64,000 nt of DNA from assembly GCA_038320545.1 (NCBI GenBank), contig JBBQEI010000004.1:75613-139612 (forward strand), read 5' to 3'. Each line of letters begins with the position of its first letter. Within the stretch, counting starts at the first letter, position 1. Below are positions 28,701 through 37,888 of the stretch, piece by piece. This DNA is from Bacteroidales bacterium. GTDB lineage: Bacteria > Bacteroidota > Bacteroidia > Bacteroidales > JAAUTT01. Both the position numbers and the translations under genes were made by a program. The notes under the pieces were generated by a model, which was not told where the DNA came from, did no database searches, and saw only the letters and a program-made list of their open reading frames with translations.

Positions 28701-29097
28701 TTCTTTTGGTGCAATGAGATACATTAACACTGAATCGGGTGAAATTGGCAACTACTTAAAAGATTTTTACGACAATCGCTGGACTGTTGATAATCCTGAT
28801 GCATCGTATCCACGTACGTTCAACCGGGACAATGTTTACTGGCGTCAGAGGGCGAATACGTTCTGGATGCATAAAACCGATAACCTTCGTTTGAAAAATA
28901 TCGAACTTGGTTATTCGTTACCGTCAAATCTTATTCACAAAATCAGCATTCAAAACCTGAGAGTTTATGTAAGCGGCTACAACATGTTCACCTTTACTCC
29001 GGATTTGAAAGATTTCGATCCTGAACAGGCAAGAAACGACGGACAAGGTTATCCTTTACAGAAGATTGTAAATTTTGGAGTTAACGTAACATTCTAA
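25750..29097 (+). CDS. SusC/RagA-family TonB-dependent outer membrane transporter with an N-terminal STN signalling domain
   Basis: STN block (VSLDMSNAKIKDIFKAIEGKSNYRFFY), a CarboxypepD_reg block (ISGAVNDASSGEPLPGVNITVQGTTLGTVTDIDGKYSI), a TonB-box region (EEVIVVGYGQQKK) and a terminal ...VNVTF. Confidence 0.9.
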   Translation: MKKNNYYALFLGGHKKLLLMMKIFIVLSTLFSMAITANTYSQKNVSLDMSNAKIKDIFKAIEGKSNYRFFYNDELTDVNKTVTLTVNEGSIENILNRLFTDTDVSYTVLENNLVVVAPKRSIFQGVKISGAVNDASSGEPLPGVNITVQGTTLGTVTDIDGKYSIDAPNANSILIFSFVGYVTETIPLSGNSKIDVNLVPDIKSLEEVIVVGYGQQKKVTATGSITSVKGDDIIKSPTMNVSNSLEGRLPGLVTITTSGEPGYDGTTLRIRGSNTLGNNNPLIVVDGVPGRSLERIDASTIENISVLKDASAAIYGAQAANGVILITTKRGKVGKPTISANFNQGYSRPTRIPKMANAFEYATLLNEVDQYDLKTPRYSADQLQKYQDGSDPWNYPNTDWFKETLKPWSRQNYANLSVSGGSENMKYYVSFGTKSQDGFYYNSGTKYNQYDLRTNLDGNVNKYISIGVDVSGRMEDRNFPTRSASDIFRMVMRGKPIYNAYWPNGMPGPDIEYGNNPVVVSTKATGYDQDKWYVFNSNFKLNIQIPWVKGLSLSGNAAIDKGIRFHKNFQTPWYLYIFEGFDANNQPILKKGKKGVDDARLSQDMSDNLNILLNGLINYDRAFGNHNVKLLVGAESIKGSGDNFNAYRRFFLSTSIDQMFAGGDSEKNNGGSAFKNARLNYFGRVNYNFMEKYMLEFVWRYQGSYIFDEASRYGFFPGVSVGYRISEENFWKDNIKFINNFKIRASYGQTGNDQIDEWQYLSSYGFSGNPFITNDSEANKALFESIIPNKNVTWEVANQGNIGFDADMLDGKLMLTADYFEYRRSQILWWKNASVPASAGLSLPRENIGKVSNKGFDYSITYRTDLSNLKLQVGLNGGYQKNKIVYWDEPAGAPEYQLSTGHPMNTGLYYKSIGIFRDQAAVDNYPHLPGARSGDIIFEDVNGDTQIDANDQVRIDKTNIPTYTTGLSLNLQWKGFDFSTLFQASFGAMRYINTESGEIGNYLKDFYDNRWTVDNPDASYPRTFNRDNVYWRQRANTFWMHKTDNLRLKNIELGYSLPSNLIHKISIQNLRVYVSGYNMFTFTPDLKDFDPEQARNDGQGYPLQKIVNFGVNVTF

Positions 29098-29103
29098 TTT
29101 TAA

Positions 29104-30918
29104 ATGACGATGATTATGAAAAATAAATATATTATACTGGTAATATTCTTATTATCACTTTTTTCTTCTTCCTGCGATAAGGATGCTCTTAATTTAACTC
29201 CTCTGGATAAATATGCTGAAGAAGCTGTGTGGAAAGATCCAATTCTTATCCAGTCGTTTGTTAACAATATCTATTTAGGCATTCCTCATGGTTTCTCAGC
29301 ACTTATGCTTTCTTCCTGTGCCGATGAGTCAATGGCTGTATGGGACTGGGAATCGAGCAATGTTACCAAGTCTCTGTTAACTCCTAGTTACCTGGGTATT
29401 TTCGACGAAGATTTCTGGACTAGTAAAATGCGCAGTATGAACTGGAAAGCTTATTACAAAAATATAAGAGCATGTAATATTTTCCTCGAAAAAATTGATA
29501 ATATTACGTTTGAGGATACAATGCTGAAAGATCAGCTCAAAGGTGAAGTTTTGTTTTTAAGGGCTTATTATTACAACCAGCTAACCTCTTTGTTTGGTGG
29601 AGTTCCTTTAATTACAAAAGCCTATGTTTTAAACGATGATTTTTTTGCTCCCCGTAATTCTTATGAAGACTGTATTAAATTTATTTCTGATGAATGTGAC
29701 AAAGCCGCTGCTTTATTACCCGATGCATTTTCAGGAAGCAATAAAGGACGTGCTTCAAAGGCTGCTGCTTTAACTTTAAAATCAAGAGCCTTGTTATATG
29801 CTGCCAGCGATCTTGCCAACAATACTGCATGGGCAACAGGTTTTTCTAATCCTGAACTTGTAGGGTATGTAGGCGGTAACCGCACTGCCAGATGGCAGGC
29901 TGCTAAAGATGCTGCAAAAGCAGTAATCGATCTTGGAAAATATTCTCTTTATAAAGCAACTCCTGCTGCAGGCGAAAATCCATCGACCAATTACGGTGAA
30001 CTATTCTTATCAAAGGGAACATCTGAAGATATATGGGTTAAATACCTTCTCTCCCAATATGAAAATGATTGGGATAGTGGCAATCCAGGTCTTTTCAATG
30101 GTCCGAATGGCTGGCATAACTGGGGTGGAAATACGCCAATCCAACAATTTGTGGATGATTTTGAAATGAGTGATGGTACCCGTTTCGACTGGAATAACGC
30201 TGCGCATAAAGCTGAGCCTTACAAAAACAGAGATCCACGTTTTTATGCAACTGTTCTTTACGAAGGTGCAAAATGGAGACCAAGGCCTGCCGATGTTAAA
30301 GAAATGGATCCGGATGGAATTATTCAGGTTGGTTTTTGGGAAAAACCAGGAAACGTTGTAAAGTCTGGTTTAGATACTAGAAAAAGTCCAATTGAAGACT
30401 GGAACGGTAGTTCTACCGGATATTACCTTCGTAAATTTATGGATCCAACTGTTGATCATCAGTACAATAAACAGGAAGTACCCTGGAGATTTATGCGGTA
30501 TGCCGAAGTATTGCTGAATTATGCCGAAGCTTGCATTGCTCTTGGTCAGGAAGCTGAAGCTAGCACCTATATTAATATGATAAGAAAAAGAGCCGGGATG
30601 CCCGATTTTCCAGCCTCTGAAACTGGTCAGGCTTTGTTAAACCATTACCGTAACGAAAGAAGAATTGAATTAGCGTTCGAAGAACATCGCTTTTTCGACA
30701 TACGCCGATGGATGATAGCTCCTCAGGTAATAATTGATGCAAAAGGTATTGACGTTAGGTACAAGTTATTGCCTGACAATACTACTTCTGCAACTGCTAC
30801 TTTCACTGTTATTCCTTTGGTTCAACAAAGAGCATGGAATAATAGTCAATATTACCTTCCTATTAAATTGGCTGAAATGAACAGAAATAAAAATCTGATT
30901 CAGAATCCACTTTACTAG
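29104..30918 (+). CDS. SusD/RagB-family nutrient-binding outer membrane lipoprotein
   Basis: Lipoprotein signal (LFSSSCDKD) and SusD-type motifs (RAYYYNQLTSLFGGVPLI; MRYAEVLLNYAEA; ERRIELAFEEHRFFDIRRW). Sits directly after the SusC-type gene. Confidence 0.9.
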   Translation: MTMIMKNKYIILVIFLLSLFSSSCDKDALNLTPLDKYAEEAVWKDPILIQSFVNNIYLGIPHGFSALMLSSCADESMAVWDWESSNVTKSLLTPSYLGIFDEDFWTSKMRSMNWKAYYKNIRACNIFLEKIDNITFEDTMLKDQLKGEVLFLRAYYYNQLTSLFGGVPLITKAYVLNDDFFAPRNSYEDCIKFISDECDKAAALLPDAFSGSNKGRASKAAALTLKSRALLYAASDLANNTAWATGFSNPELVGYVGGNRTARWQAAKDAAKAVIDLGKYSLYKATPAAGENPSTNYGELFLSKGTSEDIWVKYLLSQYENDWDSGNPGLFNGPNGWHNWGGNTPIQQFVDDFEMSDGTRFDWNNAAHKAEPYKNRDPRFYATVLYEGAKWRPRPADVKEMDPDGIIQVGFWEKPGNVVKSGLDTRKSPIEDWNGSSTGYYLRKFMDPTVDHQYNKQEVPWRFMRYAEVLLNYAEACIALGQEAEASTYINMIRKRAGMPDFPASETGQALLNHYRNERRIELAFEEHRFFDIRRWMIAPQVIIDAKGIDVRYKLLPDNTTSATATFTVIPLVQQRAWNNSQYYLPIKLAEMNRNKNLIQNPLY

Positions 30919-31058
30919 CAGCATTGAATAAGAATGGTATTCCGGGGAACTCATGAAAAATGACTTCCCCGGTTTATTTTATAAGTAAGAATACCGGATT
31001 TATTTTGATATTGTATTCTTTTCCATAAACTAATTACCTAAACTTTAATTCTGTATCA

Positions 31059-33158
31059 ATGAGAAAAACATTTATACTATTTATTATGGGTGTCATCCTG
31101 AATACACTTCTGGTTAACAGTCAATCCTTAAAGATGAATAATGTACTTTACGGAGCTGCATTTTACGAAGAATATATGCCATCGGACAGGCTCGAAAAAG
31201 ATGTTCAGATGATGCAGGAGGCAAATATTTCGGTTGTTAGGGTAGGAGAGTCTACCTGGAGTTTGTTCGAACCTCGCGAAGGGGAATTTGAATTCGCCTG
31301 GATGGATCGGATTATTGACCGTATGCACAAAGCCGGAATAAAAGTTATCCTGGGAACTCCCACTTACTCCATACCTGCATGGTTAGCATATAAACATCCG
31401 GAAGTGCTTGTTCAATACGAAAAAGGCACTAAAGCATTTTATGGAATCCGTCAGAATATGGATATTACGAATCCCACTTTTCTGTTTTATTCAGAACGGA
31501 TTATCCGGAAAATGATGGAACATTATGCCAAACATCCTGCTATTATCGGCTACCAGGTTGATAACGAAACAACATCGTATGGCGTGAATAATTATGACTT
31601 TTATATTGGATTTAAAAACTATCTGAGAAAGAAATTTCAAACTACCGAAAACCTTAACAAAACCTGGGGATTAAATTACTGGGGTATGACACTCAGCAAC
31701 TGGGATGAACTGCCTACCCGCGATGGAATTACTAATACAGGATACAAGCTTGAATGGGAACGTTATAAACGCAAAGCTATTGCCGACTATCTTACATGGC
31801 AATCGGATATTGTTCGTGAGTATAAACGTCCCGACCAATTTATAACCCATTGTTTTATGCCTTCGGTTCAGGATATCGATCAGGAGGCTTCATCGCGGTC
31901 GATGGATGTTATGGCTGTAAATGTTTATCATGGCTCTCAGGATAATCTTACAGGAGATGAAATCGCTTTTGCCGGCGACTTTTTTCGTTCGGTGAAAAAG
32001 ACCAACTACCTGATTACTGAGACCAATGCCCAAACCATCGGTTGGGATTCGCGTTCCCAATATCCACCATATGAAGGTCAATTGCGTCAAAACGTGTATG
32101 CGCATCTTGGGTCTGGTGCCAATATGGTTGAATACTGGCACTGGCATTCCATTCACTACGGGCAGGAAACTTACTGGAAAGGAGTTTTATCGCACGACTT
32201 ACTGCCTAACAGAGCTTATGCTGAAGTAGGTAAAACCGCTAAAGAACTGAAACAGTTTGGAAACAAACTTGTAAATCTGAAAATTAAAAACAGAGTTGCA
32301 ATTCTTTTTAGCCATGATGCCAATGCAGCTTTGAATGCAATGCCATTCAAAAGTTCCGGACCCGATATGTGGGGTGGAACCAACAATCAATATAAAAACG
32401 AACTTGTTACTCAGTTTCACCGACTTCTGTATCGTAATAATATCGGAGTTGATTTTATTGTTCCCGAAAGCGCAAAATTTGAGGATTACACCCTTGTAAT
32501 TATTCCTGCTCTATATGTAGCTAGCGATGCTGTTTTGAAAAAAATCAGTGCTTATGTTGAAAATGGCGGACATGTGATTATGCAGTTTAAAAGCGGATTT
32601 GCCGACGAGAACACCATGGTTCGTCCGGAACTGGCACCCGGTCCGTTGAGAAAAGCCTGCGGTATTAGTTACCAGGAATTTACAAATTTTAAAGAACTGA
32701 AATTAAAGGACGACCCCTTTAAAGTTGGCGAAGCTGATAATAAAGTTTACGATTGGGCCGAATACTTAATCTGTGAAACAGCTAAACCTCTAGCATATTA
32801 CGATCATCCGTATTTTGGAAAATATCCTGCAGTTACCATCAATAATTTTGGAAAAGGAGATCTGGTTTACCAGGGTACAAAACTTTCGGATAAAATGCAG
32901 GAAGTAATTCTGATGGATGCAGTTTCACGTGTGGGATTACGTACTCCGAATCAGGACCTTCACTGGCCATTGATAACAAAAAGCGGAGTTAATGATCAGG
33001 GTAAAATTATTCACTATTATTACAATTATTCATCAAATGCAGCTTCAATAATGTATCAGTTTAATGATGGACAGGAGCTTATAAGCAATAAACCTGTTGC
33101 CAAAGGAAACTCAATGCCTATTGGTGCATGGGATGTTCTGATCGTTGAAGAAAAATAA
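31059..33158 (+). CDS. Glycoside hydrolase family 42 beta-galactosidase with a signal peptide
   Basis: YGAAFYEEYMP...VVRVGESTWSLFEPREGEFEFAWMDRII, GYQVDNE (acid/base region) and YLITETNAQ (nucleophile region). The N-terminal MRKTFILFIMGVILNTLLVNSQS looks like a signal peptide. Confidence 0.85.
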   Translation: MRKTFILFIMGVILNTLLVNSQSLKMNNVLYGAAFYEEYMPSDRLEKDVQMMQEANISVVRVGESTWSLFEPREGEFEFAWMDRIIDRMHKAGIKVILGTPTYSIPAWLAYKHPEVLVQYEKGTKAFYGIRQNMDITNPTFLFYSERIIRKMMEHYAKHPAIIGYQVDNETTSYGVNNYDFYIGFKNYLRKKFQTTENLNKTWGLNYWGMTLSNWDELPTRDGITNTGYKLEWERYKRKAIADYLTWQSDIVREYKRPDQFITHCFMPSVQDIDQEASSRSMDVMAVNVYHGSQDNLTGDEIAFAGDFFRSVKKTNYLITETNAQTIGWDSRSQYPPYEGQLRQNVYAHLGSGANMVEYWHWHSIHYGQETYWKGVLSHDLLPNRAYAEVGKTAKELKQFGNKLVNLKIKNRVAILFSHDANAALNAMPFKSSGPDMWGGTNNQYKNELVTQFHRLLYRNNIGVDFIVPESAKFEDYTLVIIPALYVASDAVLKKISAYVENGGHVIMQFKSGFADENTMVRPELAPGPLRKACGISYQEFTNFKELKLKDDPFKVGEADNKVYDWAEYLICETAKPLAYYDHPYFGKYPAVTINNFGKGDLVYQGTKLSDKMQEVILMDAVSRVGLRTPNQDLHWPLITKSGVNDQGKIIHYYYNYSSNAASIMYQFNDGQELISNKPVAKGNSMPIGAWDVLIVEEK

Positions 33159-33210
33159 TTCGAGTAAGAAGTAAGAAGTAATCCCGATAGCTATCGGGTG
33201 TAAAAAGCAA

Positions 33211-33252
33211 AAAGGCACTTGGAAAATAATAAAATCTTCCAGTGCCTTTTTT
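33211..33252. terminator. Bidirectional intrinsic terminator between convergent genes
   Basis: GGCACTTGGAA (33214-33224) pairs with TTCCAGTGCC (33237-33246), leaving one bulged T. An A-run lies upstream and a T-run downstream. A separate perfect 16-bp palindrome, cccgatagctatcggg, lies at 33183-33198. Confidence 0.6.
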
Positions 33253-34405
33253 ATATGGAATCAAGTCCTTGTTTCATGTCGTCAAGCAGATCGTCGATAT
33301 TTTCGATGCCTACTGATAAACGAATCAGGGATTCTGTAATTCCTGCCAGTTTTTGTTCTTCTTTCGACATGGAAACATGGGTCATTGTTGCCGGATGTTC
33401 GATCAATGTTTCAACCCCTCCCAAACTTTCGGCTAAAAGAAACAGTTGCAGCTTCGAAAAAAGCTTTCTTACGGAGCTTTCACCACCTTTAAGTTCAAAA
33501 GAAATCATTCCTCCAAAACCACTTGCCTGCCTTTGAGCAAGTTCGTATTGCGGATGGCTGGGTAACCCGGGATAATTTACTTTAGATATTTTGGGATGTT
33601 TTTCAAGAAATTCGGACAGGGCCATTGCATTTTTTTGGTGTGCCTGCATGCGAACTGCCAGAGTTTTAATGCCGCGTAACACCAAATATGAATCGAATGG
33701 TGCATGCACTCCGCCTGTTGAGGTATGCACAAACCTTATCTTATCTTTCAGGATATCGTCATTCACCATTACAGCCCCGCAAAGCACGTCGCTGTGACCT
33801 CCCAGGTATTTTGTGCCGCTGTGAACAACAATATCAGCACCTAAGTCCAAAGGATTTTGAAAATAGGGTGTCAGAAATGTGTTGTCAACCACCACAATAA
33901 TATTTTTTTCATGGGCTATTTTGGATATCTCAGTAATATCAGCCAGGAGCATCATGGGATTGGTAGGTGTTTCAATCCATATCATCCGGGTATTTGGTTT
34001 AATCGACTTTCTTAATGTGTCGTGATTGGTTAAATCGATGTAGTTCCCTGTAATCTGAAAATTGCCAAATACTTTGTCAATCAGTCTTTTGGTGCCGCCG
34101 TACAGGTCGTTAAACGAAATTATTTCATCACCAGGTTTTAATAAAGCAAGCATAATGGCAGTTTCGGCTGCTTGTCCCGATGCGAATGCTATCCCGTATT
34201 TTGCATTTTCAAGCTTGGCAAGTTGATATTCCAGAGAATTACGTGTGGGATTTTCGCTTCTGATATACTCAAACATTCCTGGCTTATCAATTTCATCACG
34301 GGTATGTGTACTCGAAAGATGTATTGGAGTTACAACATCCCGGCTATGTATCTTGTTTTGAAACAATGAATCGCCTAAACGAACTACTGCAGTTTCTTTT
34401 TTCAT
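33251..34405 (-). CDS. Cys/Met-metabolism PLP-dependent enzyme (cystathionine gamma-synthase / beta- or gamma-lyase family)
   Basis: HSGTKYLGGHSDV (PLP lysine motif), DNTFLTPYFQNPL and ESLGGVETLIEHPATMTH. Confidence 0.85.
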   Translation of the reverse strand: MKKETAVVRLGDSLFQNKIHSRDVVTPIHLSSTHTRDEIDKPGMFEYIRSENPTRNSLEYQLAKLENAKYGIAFASGQAAETAIMLALLKPGDEIISFNDLYGGTKRLIDKVFGNFQITGNYIDLTNHDTLRKSIKPNTRMIWIETPTNPMMLLADITEISKIAHEKNIIVVVDNTFLTPYFQNPLDLGADIVVHSGTKYLGGHSDVLCGAVMVNDDILKDKIRFVHTSTGGVHAPFDSYLVLRGIKTLAVRMQAHQKNAMALSEFLEKHPKISKVNYPGLPSHPQYELAQRQASGFGGMISFELKGGESSVRKLFSKLQLFLLAESLGGVETLIEHPATMTHVSMSKEEQKLAGITESLIRLSVGIENIDDLLDDMKQGLDSI

Positions 34406-34431
34406 AAAATATTGATGAGAAATAAAGATTT

Positions 34432-34457
34432 AAAAATCTGAAAATATTCAGATTTTT
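34432..34457 (-). terminator. AT-rich hairpin after the YD-repeat gene
   Basis: AAAAATCTGAA-aata-TTCAGATTTTT is a perfect 11-bp stem located 32 nt past the stop at 34489. The stem is weak because it is AT-rich. Confidence 0.35.
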
Positions 34458-34488
34458 AAAAACTTAAACAGAAACTAAGGGGAGAATG

Positions 34489-35448
34489 TTAATAAGTTTC
34501 GTAGGTAAATTTATACAAGACATTAAATTTATAGGACGAAAAATAGCAATCCATCGAAGTATAAAGGCCTTTTTCGTTATAAACATATTTTTTGAACGAA
34601 TCATCTGTCGAGTTTTCTTTTCTCCACCGTTCTTCCAAGATATTTTCTTTATTGTCGTATTTGTAGTTATTCGAAATAATAGATTTTCCATCTGAACTGA
34701 TATCTTCTATCTGCAAAAGATTACCATCTTTATCGTAGGAATATTTCTTTTTATAGGAGAAATTACCGTAACGTTCTTTGGTCTCTTCTACTACCTGGCC
34801 TTTTGGATCGTATTGATATTGCTTTTTTTGGGTAATGTCCTTATTTGCATATCTGGCTTCTTCGATCAGATTTTTTTTAGAATCGTAAAGATTAACTTCT
34901 TTAGCAATTTCGCTGTTATTTGCATTTATAATGGCTATTTCAGTATTCGATCCCGAATATTTAAAACTTCGTTTCTCCGATAACAAATTATCACTGGTGT
35001 ATCTGATTTCACTCAAACGGCCATTAATGTAGATAAAATTATTTGAATAATTACTTGACCCGTCAAAACCTGATTCATTCAATTTATTTCCTTTAGAATC
35101 ATATTGTATTTTCTGGCTGTAAGTCAACCTTTCCCTATTTCCCTGAAATCGTGTATAAGATGTTTTATTGCCTGCTGAATCATAGGTATAGTTCAATATG
35201 GAGGTAATCTTACCGTCAGCTTTATAATTAATTATTTCAGTAGAATTGCCTTTTTTATCATATGAAGTTACACAACTGATATATCCAGTGGCTGATGCTT
35301 TGCCATCAACATAATCGTAAGCCCATTGAGTTTGTTTTTTGATATGGTTAGTTGCCATTCTCGCTTTTTCCTTCTTCTCAAGATTATCTTGCCCAATAGC
35401 AACAACAGTGTTAATTAAAACCAAAGCAATCAAAAAATATTTCTTCAT
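34489..35448 (-). CDS. Secreted YD/RHS-like repeat protein (short, no toxin tip)
   Basis: Signal peptide followed by repeated Y.YD..GN motifs (YTYDSAGNKTSY, QYDSKGNKLNE, YQYDPKGQVVEE, YSYDKDGNLLQIE, YKYDNKENILEE). Confidence 0.6.
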   Translation of the reverse strand: MKKYFLIALVLINTVVAIGQDNLEKKEKARMATNHIKKQTQWAYDYVDGKASATGYISCVTSYDKKGNSTEIINYKADGKITSILNYTYDSAGNKTSYTRFQGNRERLTYSQKIQYDSKGNKLNESGFDGSSNYSNNFIYINGRLSEIRYTSDNLLSEKRSFKYSGSNTEIAIINANNSEIAKEVNLYDSKKNLIEEARYANKDITQKKQYQYDPKGQVVEETKERYGNFSYKKKYSYDKDGNLLQIEDISSDGKSIISNNYKYDNKENILEERWRKENSTDDSFKKYVYNEKGLYTSMDCYFSSYKFNVLYKFTYETY

Positions 35449-35588
35449 TTTTGTCTATTCTCTTAGTTATATCTCAAAGTTATAATAATTTTTCTTTTTT
35501 CAATGAGTCTGCTCTATAATACGAGACATTTACCCACTAGGTTTAGAATTAAATTATTTTTGATTTATATTTAGTCATTTTTTAAGCG

Positions 35589-35976
35589 ATGAAGTATTTA
35601 ATCACCACATTTACAGCATTGTTATTCTTATTGCATTCCATATCACAAAATGATAAACATGTTAAAATAATATCACAAAATCTTTGAAATAATACCATTA
35701 TCTGAACATGCTTTTATTCATGTTAGCTATTCCAATTCCGAATTTGGGAGAATTGCATCTAATGGACTTATACTTGTTCAGGATAATAAAGCATTTCTTT
35801 TCGACACGACAAAGGATGACCCAACAACTATTGAACTAATTTCATGGCCGGGAACAATAAAAAGGGTAATGGAAAAATTCCCCTCAGCATCAATTGTTAT
35901 TCCTAGTCACGGGCAAGCCGGAGGTTTTAGTTTATTAAAACATACTTTTGAGTTGGCTACTATCCATGCTAAATAA
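35589..35976 (+). pseudogene. Subclass B1-like metallo-beta-lactamase remnant (frameshift plus internal deletion)
   Basis: A signal peptide and start (MKYLITTFTALLFLLHSISQNDKHVKIISQNL) end at a stop at 35685. The +1 frame continues EIIPLSEHAFIHVSYSNSEFGRIASNGLILVQDNKAFLFDTTKDDPTTIELISW, then jumps straight to the C-terminal PGTIKRVMEKFPSASIVIPSHGQAGGFSLLKHTFEL. The HxHxDH zinc-motif region is missing. Confidence 0.6.
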
Positions 35977-36110
35977 ATATGTAACAATTTCTCAAACTAT
36001 GGTTTATAATTTTATATTTGCGATATTCAGATTTTATAGAAATTCAGATTTCTTACAATAGAAAACTTTAATCCTAAAAAAGGGAAGTTTAGAAATTTAA
36101 ATACATTCAG

Positions 36111-37883
36111 ATGAAGTTACCATTTTCAATTTTGCTGCTTTTTTCCTTTATAAATATTAATGCTCAAAAAAGTTTATCTTCCGAAATAAAGATTGACGAT
36201 TTAAAAAGTCATTTATATTACCTCGCTTCCGATTCACTTACCGGACGGTTTCCCGGAACTAAGGGAAGTATTGTTGCTGCCAATTATATTGCATCTGACT
36301 TCAAAGCATCAGGGGTTTCTCTCTATGAAAAAGATGGCTTTCAGAAATTTGATGTTTTAACAAGGCAAGAAATTGGTGAAAAGACCTATTTAAAAGTATT
36401 AGGTAAAAAATTAAATCTAAAAAAGGATTTTGTTCCTTTCCCATTTTCAGGAAATGGAAATGCTGAAGGTACTATTGTTTTTGCTGGCTATGGCTTCGAT
36501 ATAAAAACAGATACTTTTAAATGGAACGACTATGTCGATGTTGATGTAAAGGGAAAAATAGTGCTTTTATTAAGGGGAGCACCCGAATCGGAAAAATATC
36601 TCCCGGTATTCGCCAACTATTCCGACGACATTGTAAAATCAATTATTGCCCGGGATAAAGGGGCTATAGCAGTGCTTTTTGTTTCTGGTAAAAAATACGA
36701 CGAAACGGAAAAACTTCCTGAAATGAATCTAAAGGAGAGTCCGGCTGGCTTACCTGTTTTTCAAGTAAAAAAAGACAAGGCGAATCAAATATTAGCATCT
36801 GCCAATCGCAATATCGATGTTTTGGAAGATCAGATTCAAAAAGAATTTAAATCAGTTAGTTTTGAGGTAAATTTAAGAATTTCGTTATTATCTGAAATCA
36901 AAAAAATTAAGGCCGGAACAAGCAATGTTATTGGTTTTGTATATGCTGCAGATACATCAAAAGTTAAAACCTATGTTGTTATCGGAGCGCATTACGATCA
37001 TTTGGGAATGGGTGGTTTAGGTTCTGCATCGCGAATTCAGGATACTGTTGCTGTTCATAATGGTGCCGACGATAATGCTTCGGGCGTTTCAGTTTTGTTG
37101 GAACTTGCTGCTAAATTCAGCAAGGAGAGGGAAAATCTGAAAACCAATTTGATATTTATTGCTTTTGGTGCAGAAGAAATGGGAATATTAGGTTCCAAAT
37201 ATTTCGTTGAACATCCACCGGTTACTTTAAAATCAATAAAAGCCATGATAAATCTGGATATGGTTGGCCGGTTGAAAGAAGATACTATGTTACAGGTAAA
37301 TGGCACGGGAACTTCAAAAGAAGCCGTTTCGATTGTGAACGATATTAATAAAGCGTATGGTTTTAACCTGAGAATGTCGCCCGAAGGATATGGCCCATCA
37401 GATCATGCTTCATTTTATTCAAAAAATATACCTGTGTTTTTTATTACAACCGGAGCTCACACCGATTACCATACTCCTCTTGATGATCGGGAAAGAATTA
37501 ACTATGCCGGTTTGGAAAAAGTGACTCTTTTTACCAGTGACCTGTTAAGCAATTTAGTATTTAATGAAACTCAGTTATCTTTTCAGGAAGCTGGACCTCA
37601 GCAAAGCAGTGGTCCGGGAAGACGATATAAAATTACCTTGGGGATAATGCCCGATATAAATGGCTCAACAGATAATGGATTATTGGTTGAATTTGTCACC
37701 AAAGGTAAACCGGCTTATAACGGAGGTATGCTCAAGGGCGACATCATAACCTCTGTTAATGGCAAACCTGTAAAAAATATTCAGGATTATATGGTAAGGT
37801 TGTCACAGCTAAAAGCAGGTCAGGCTGTTAATGTGGAAGTATTGCGCAATAACAAAAATGAACTATTAATTATTCAGTTATAA
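36111..37883 (+). CDS. M28-family aminopeptidase with PA and C-terminal PDZ domains
   Basis: GAHYDHLGMGG, DNASGVSVLLELA, AFGAEEMGILGSKYF and NLDMVGR. The PDZ-like tail is GGMLKGDIITSVNGKPVKNIQDY. Confidence 0.85.
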   Translation: MKLPFSILLLFSFININAQKSLSSEIKIDDLKSHLYYLASDSLTGRFPGTKGSIVAANYIASDFKASGVSLYEKDGFQKFDVLTRQEIGEKTYLKVLGKKLNLKKDFVPFPFSGNGNAEGTIVFAGYGFDIKTDTFKWNDYVDVDVKGKIVLLLRGAPESEKYLPVFANYSDDIVKSIIARDKGAIAVLFVSGKKYDETEKLPEMNLKESPAGLPVFQVKKDKANQILASANRNIDVLEDQIQKEFKSVSFEVNLRISLLSEIKKIKAGTSNVIGFVYAADTSKVKTYVVIGAHYDHLGMGGLGSASRIQDTVAVHNGADDNASGVSVLLELAAKFSKERENLKTNLIFIAFGAEEMGILGSKYFVEHPPVTLKSIKAMINLDMVGRLKEDTMLQVNGTGTSKEAVSIVNDINKAYGFNLRMSPEGYGPSDHASFYSKNIPVFFITTGAHTDYHTPLDDRERINYAGLEKVTLFTSDLLSNLVFNETQLSFQEAGPQQSSGPGRRYKITLGIMPDINGSTDNGLLVEFVTKGKPAYNGGMLKGDIITSVNGKPVKNIQDYMVRLSQLKAGQAVNVEVLRNNKNELLIIQL

Positions 37884-37888
37884 CAATT

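Noticed and set aside
33219-33536. 105-aa plus-strand ORF
   Set aside because: It is antisense to the 3' end of the PLP-dependent enzyme gene and begins within the terminator hairpin.
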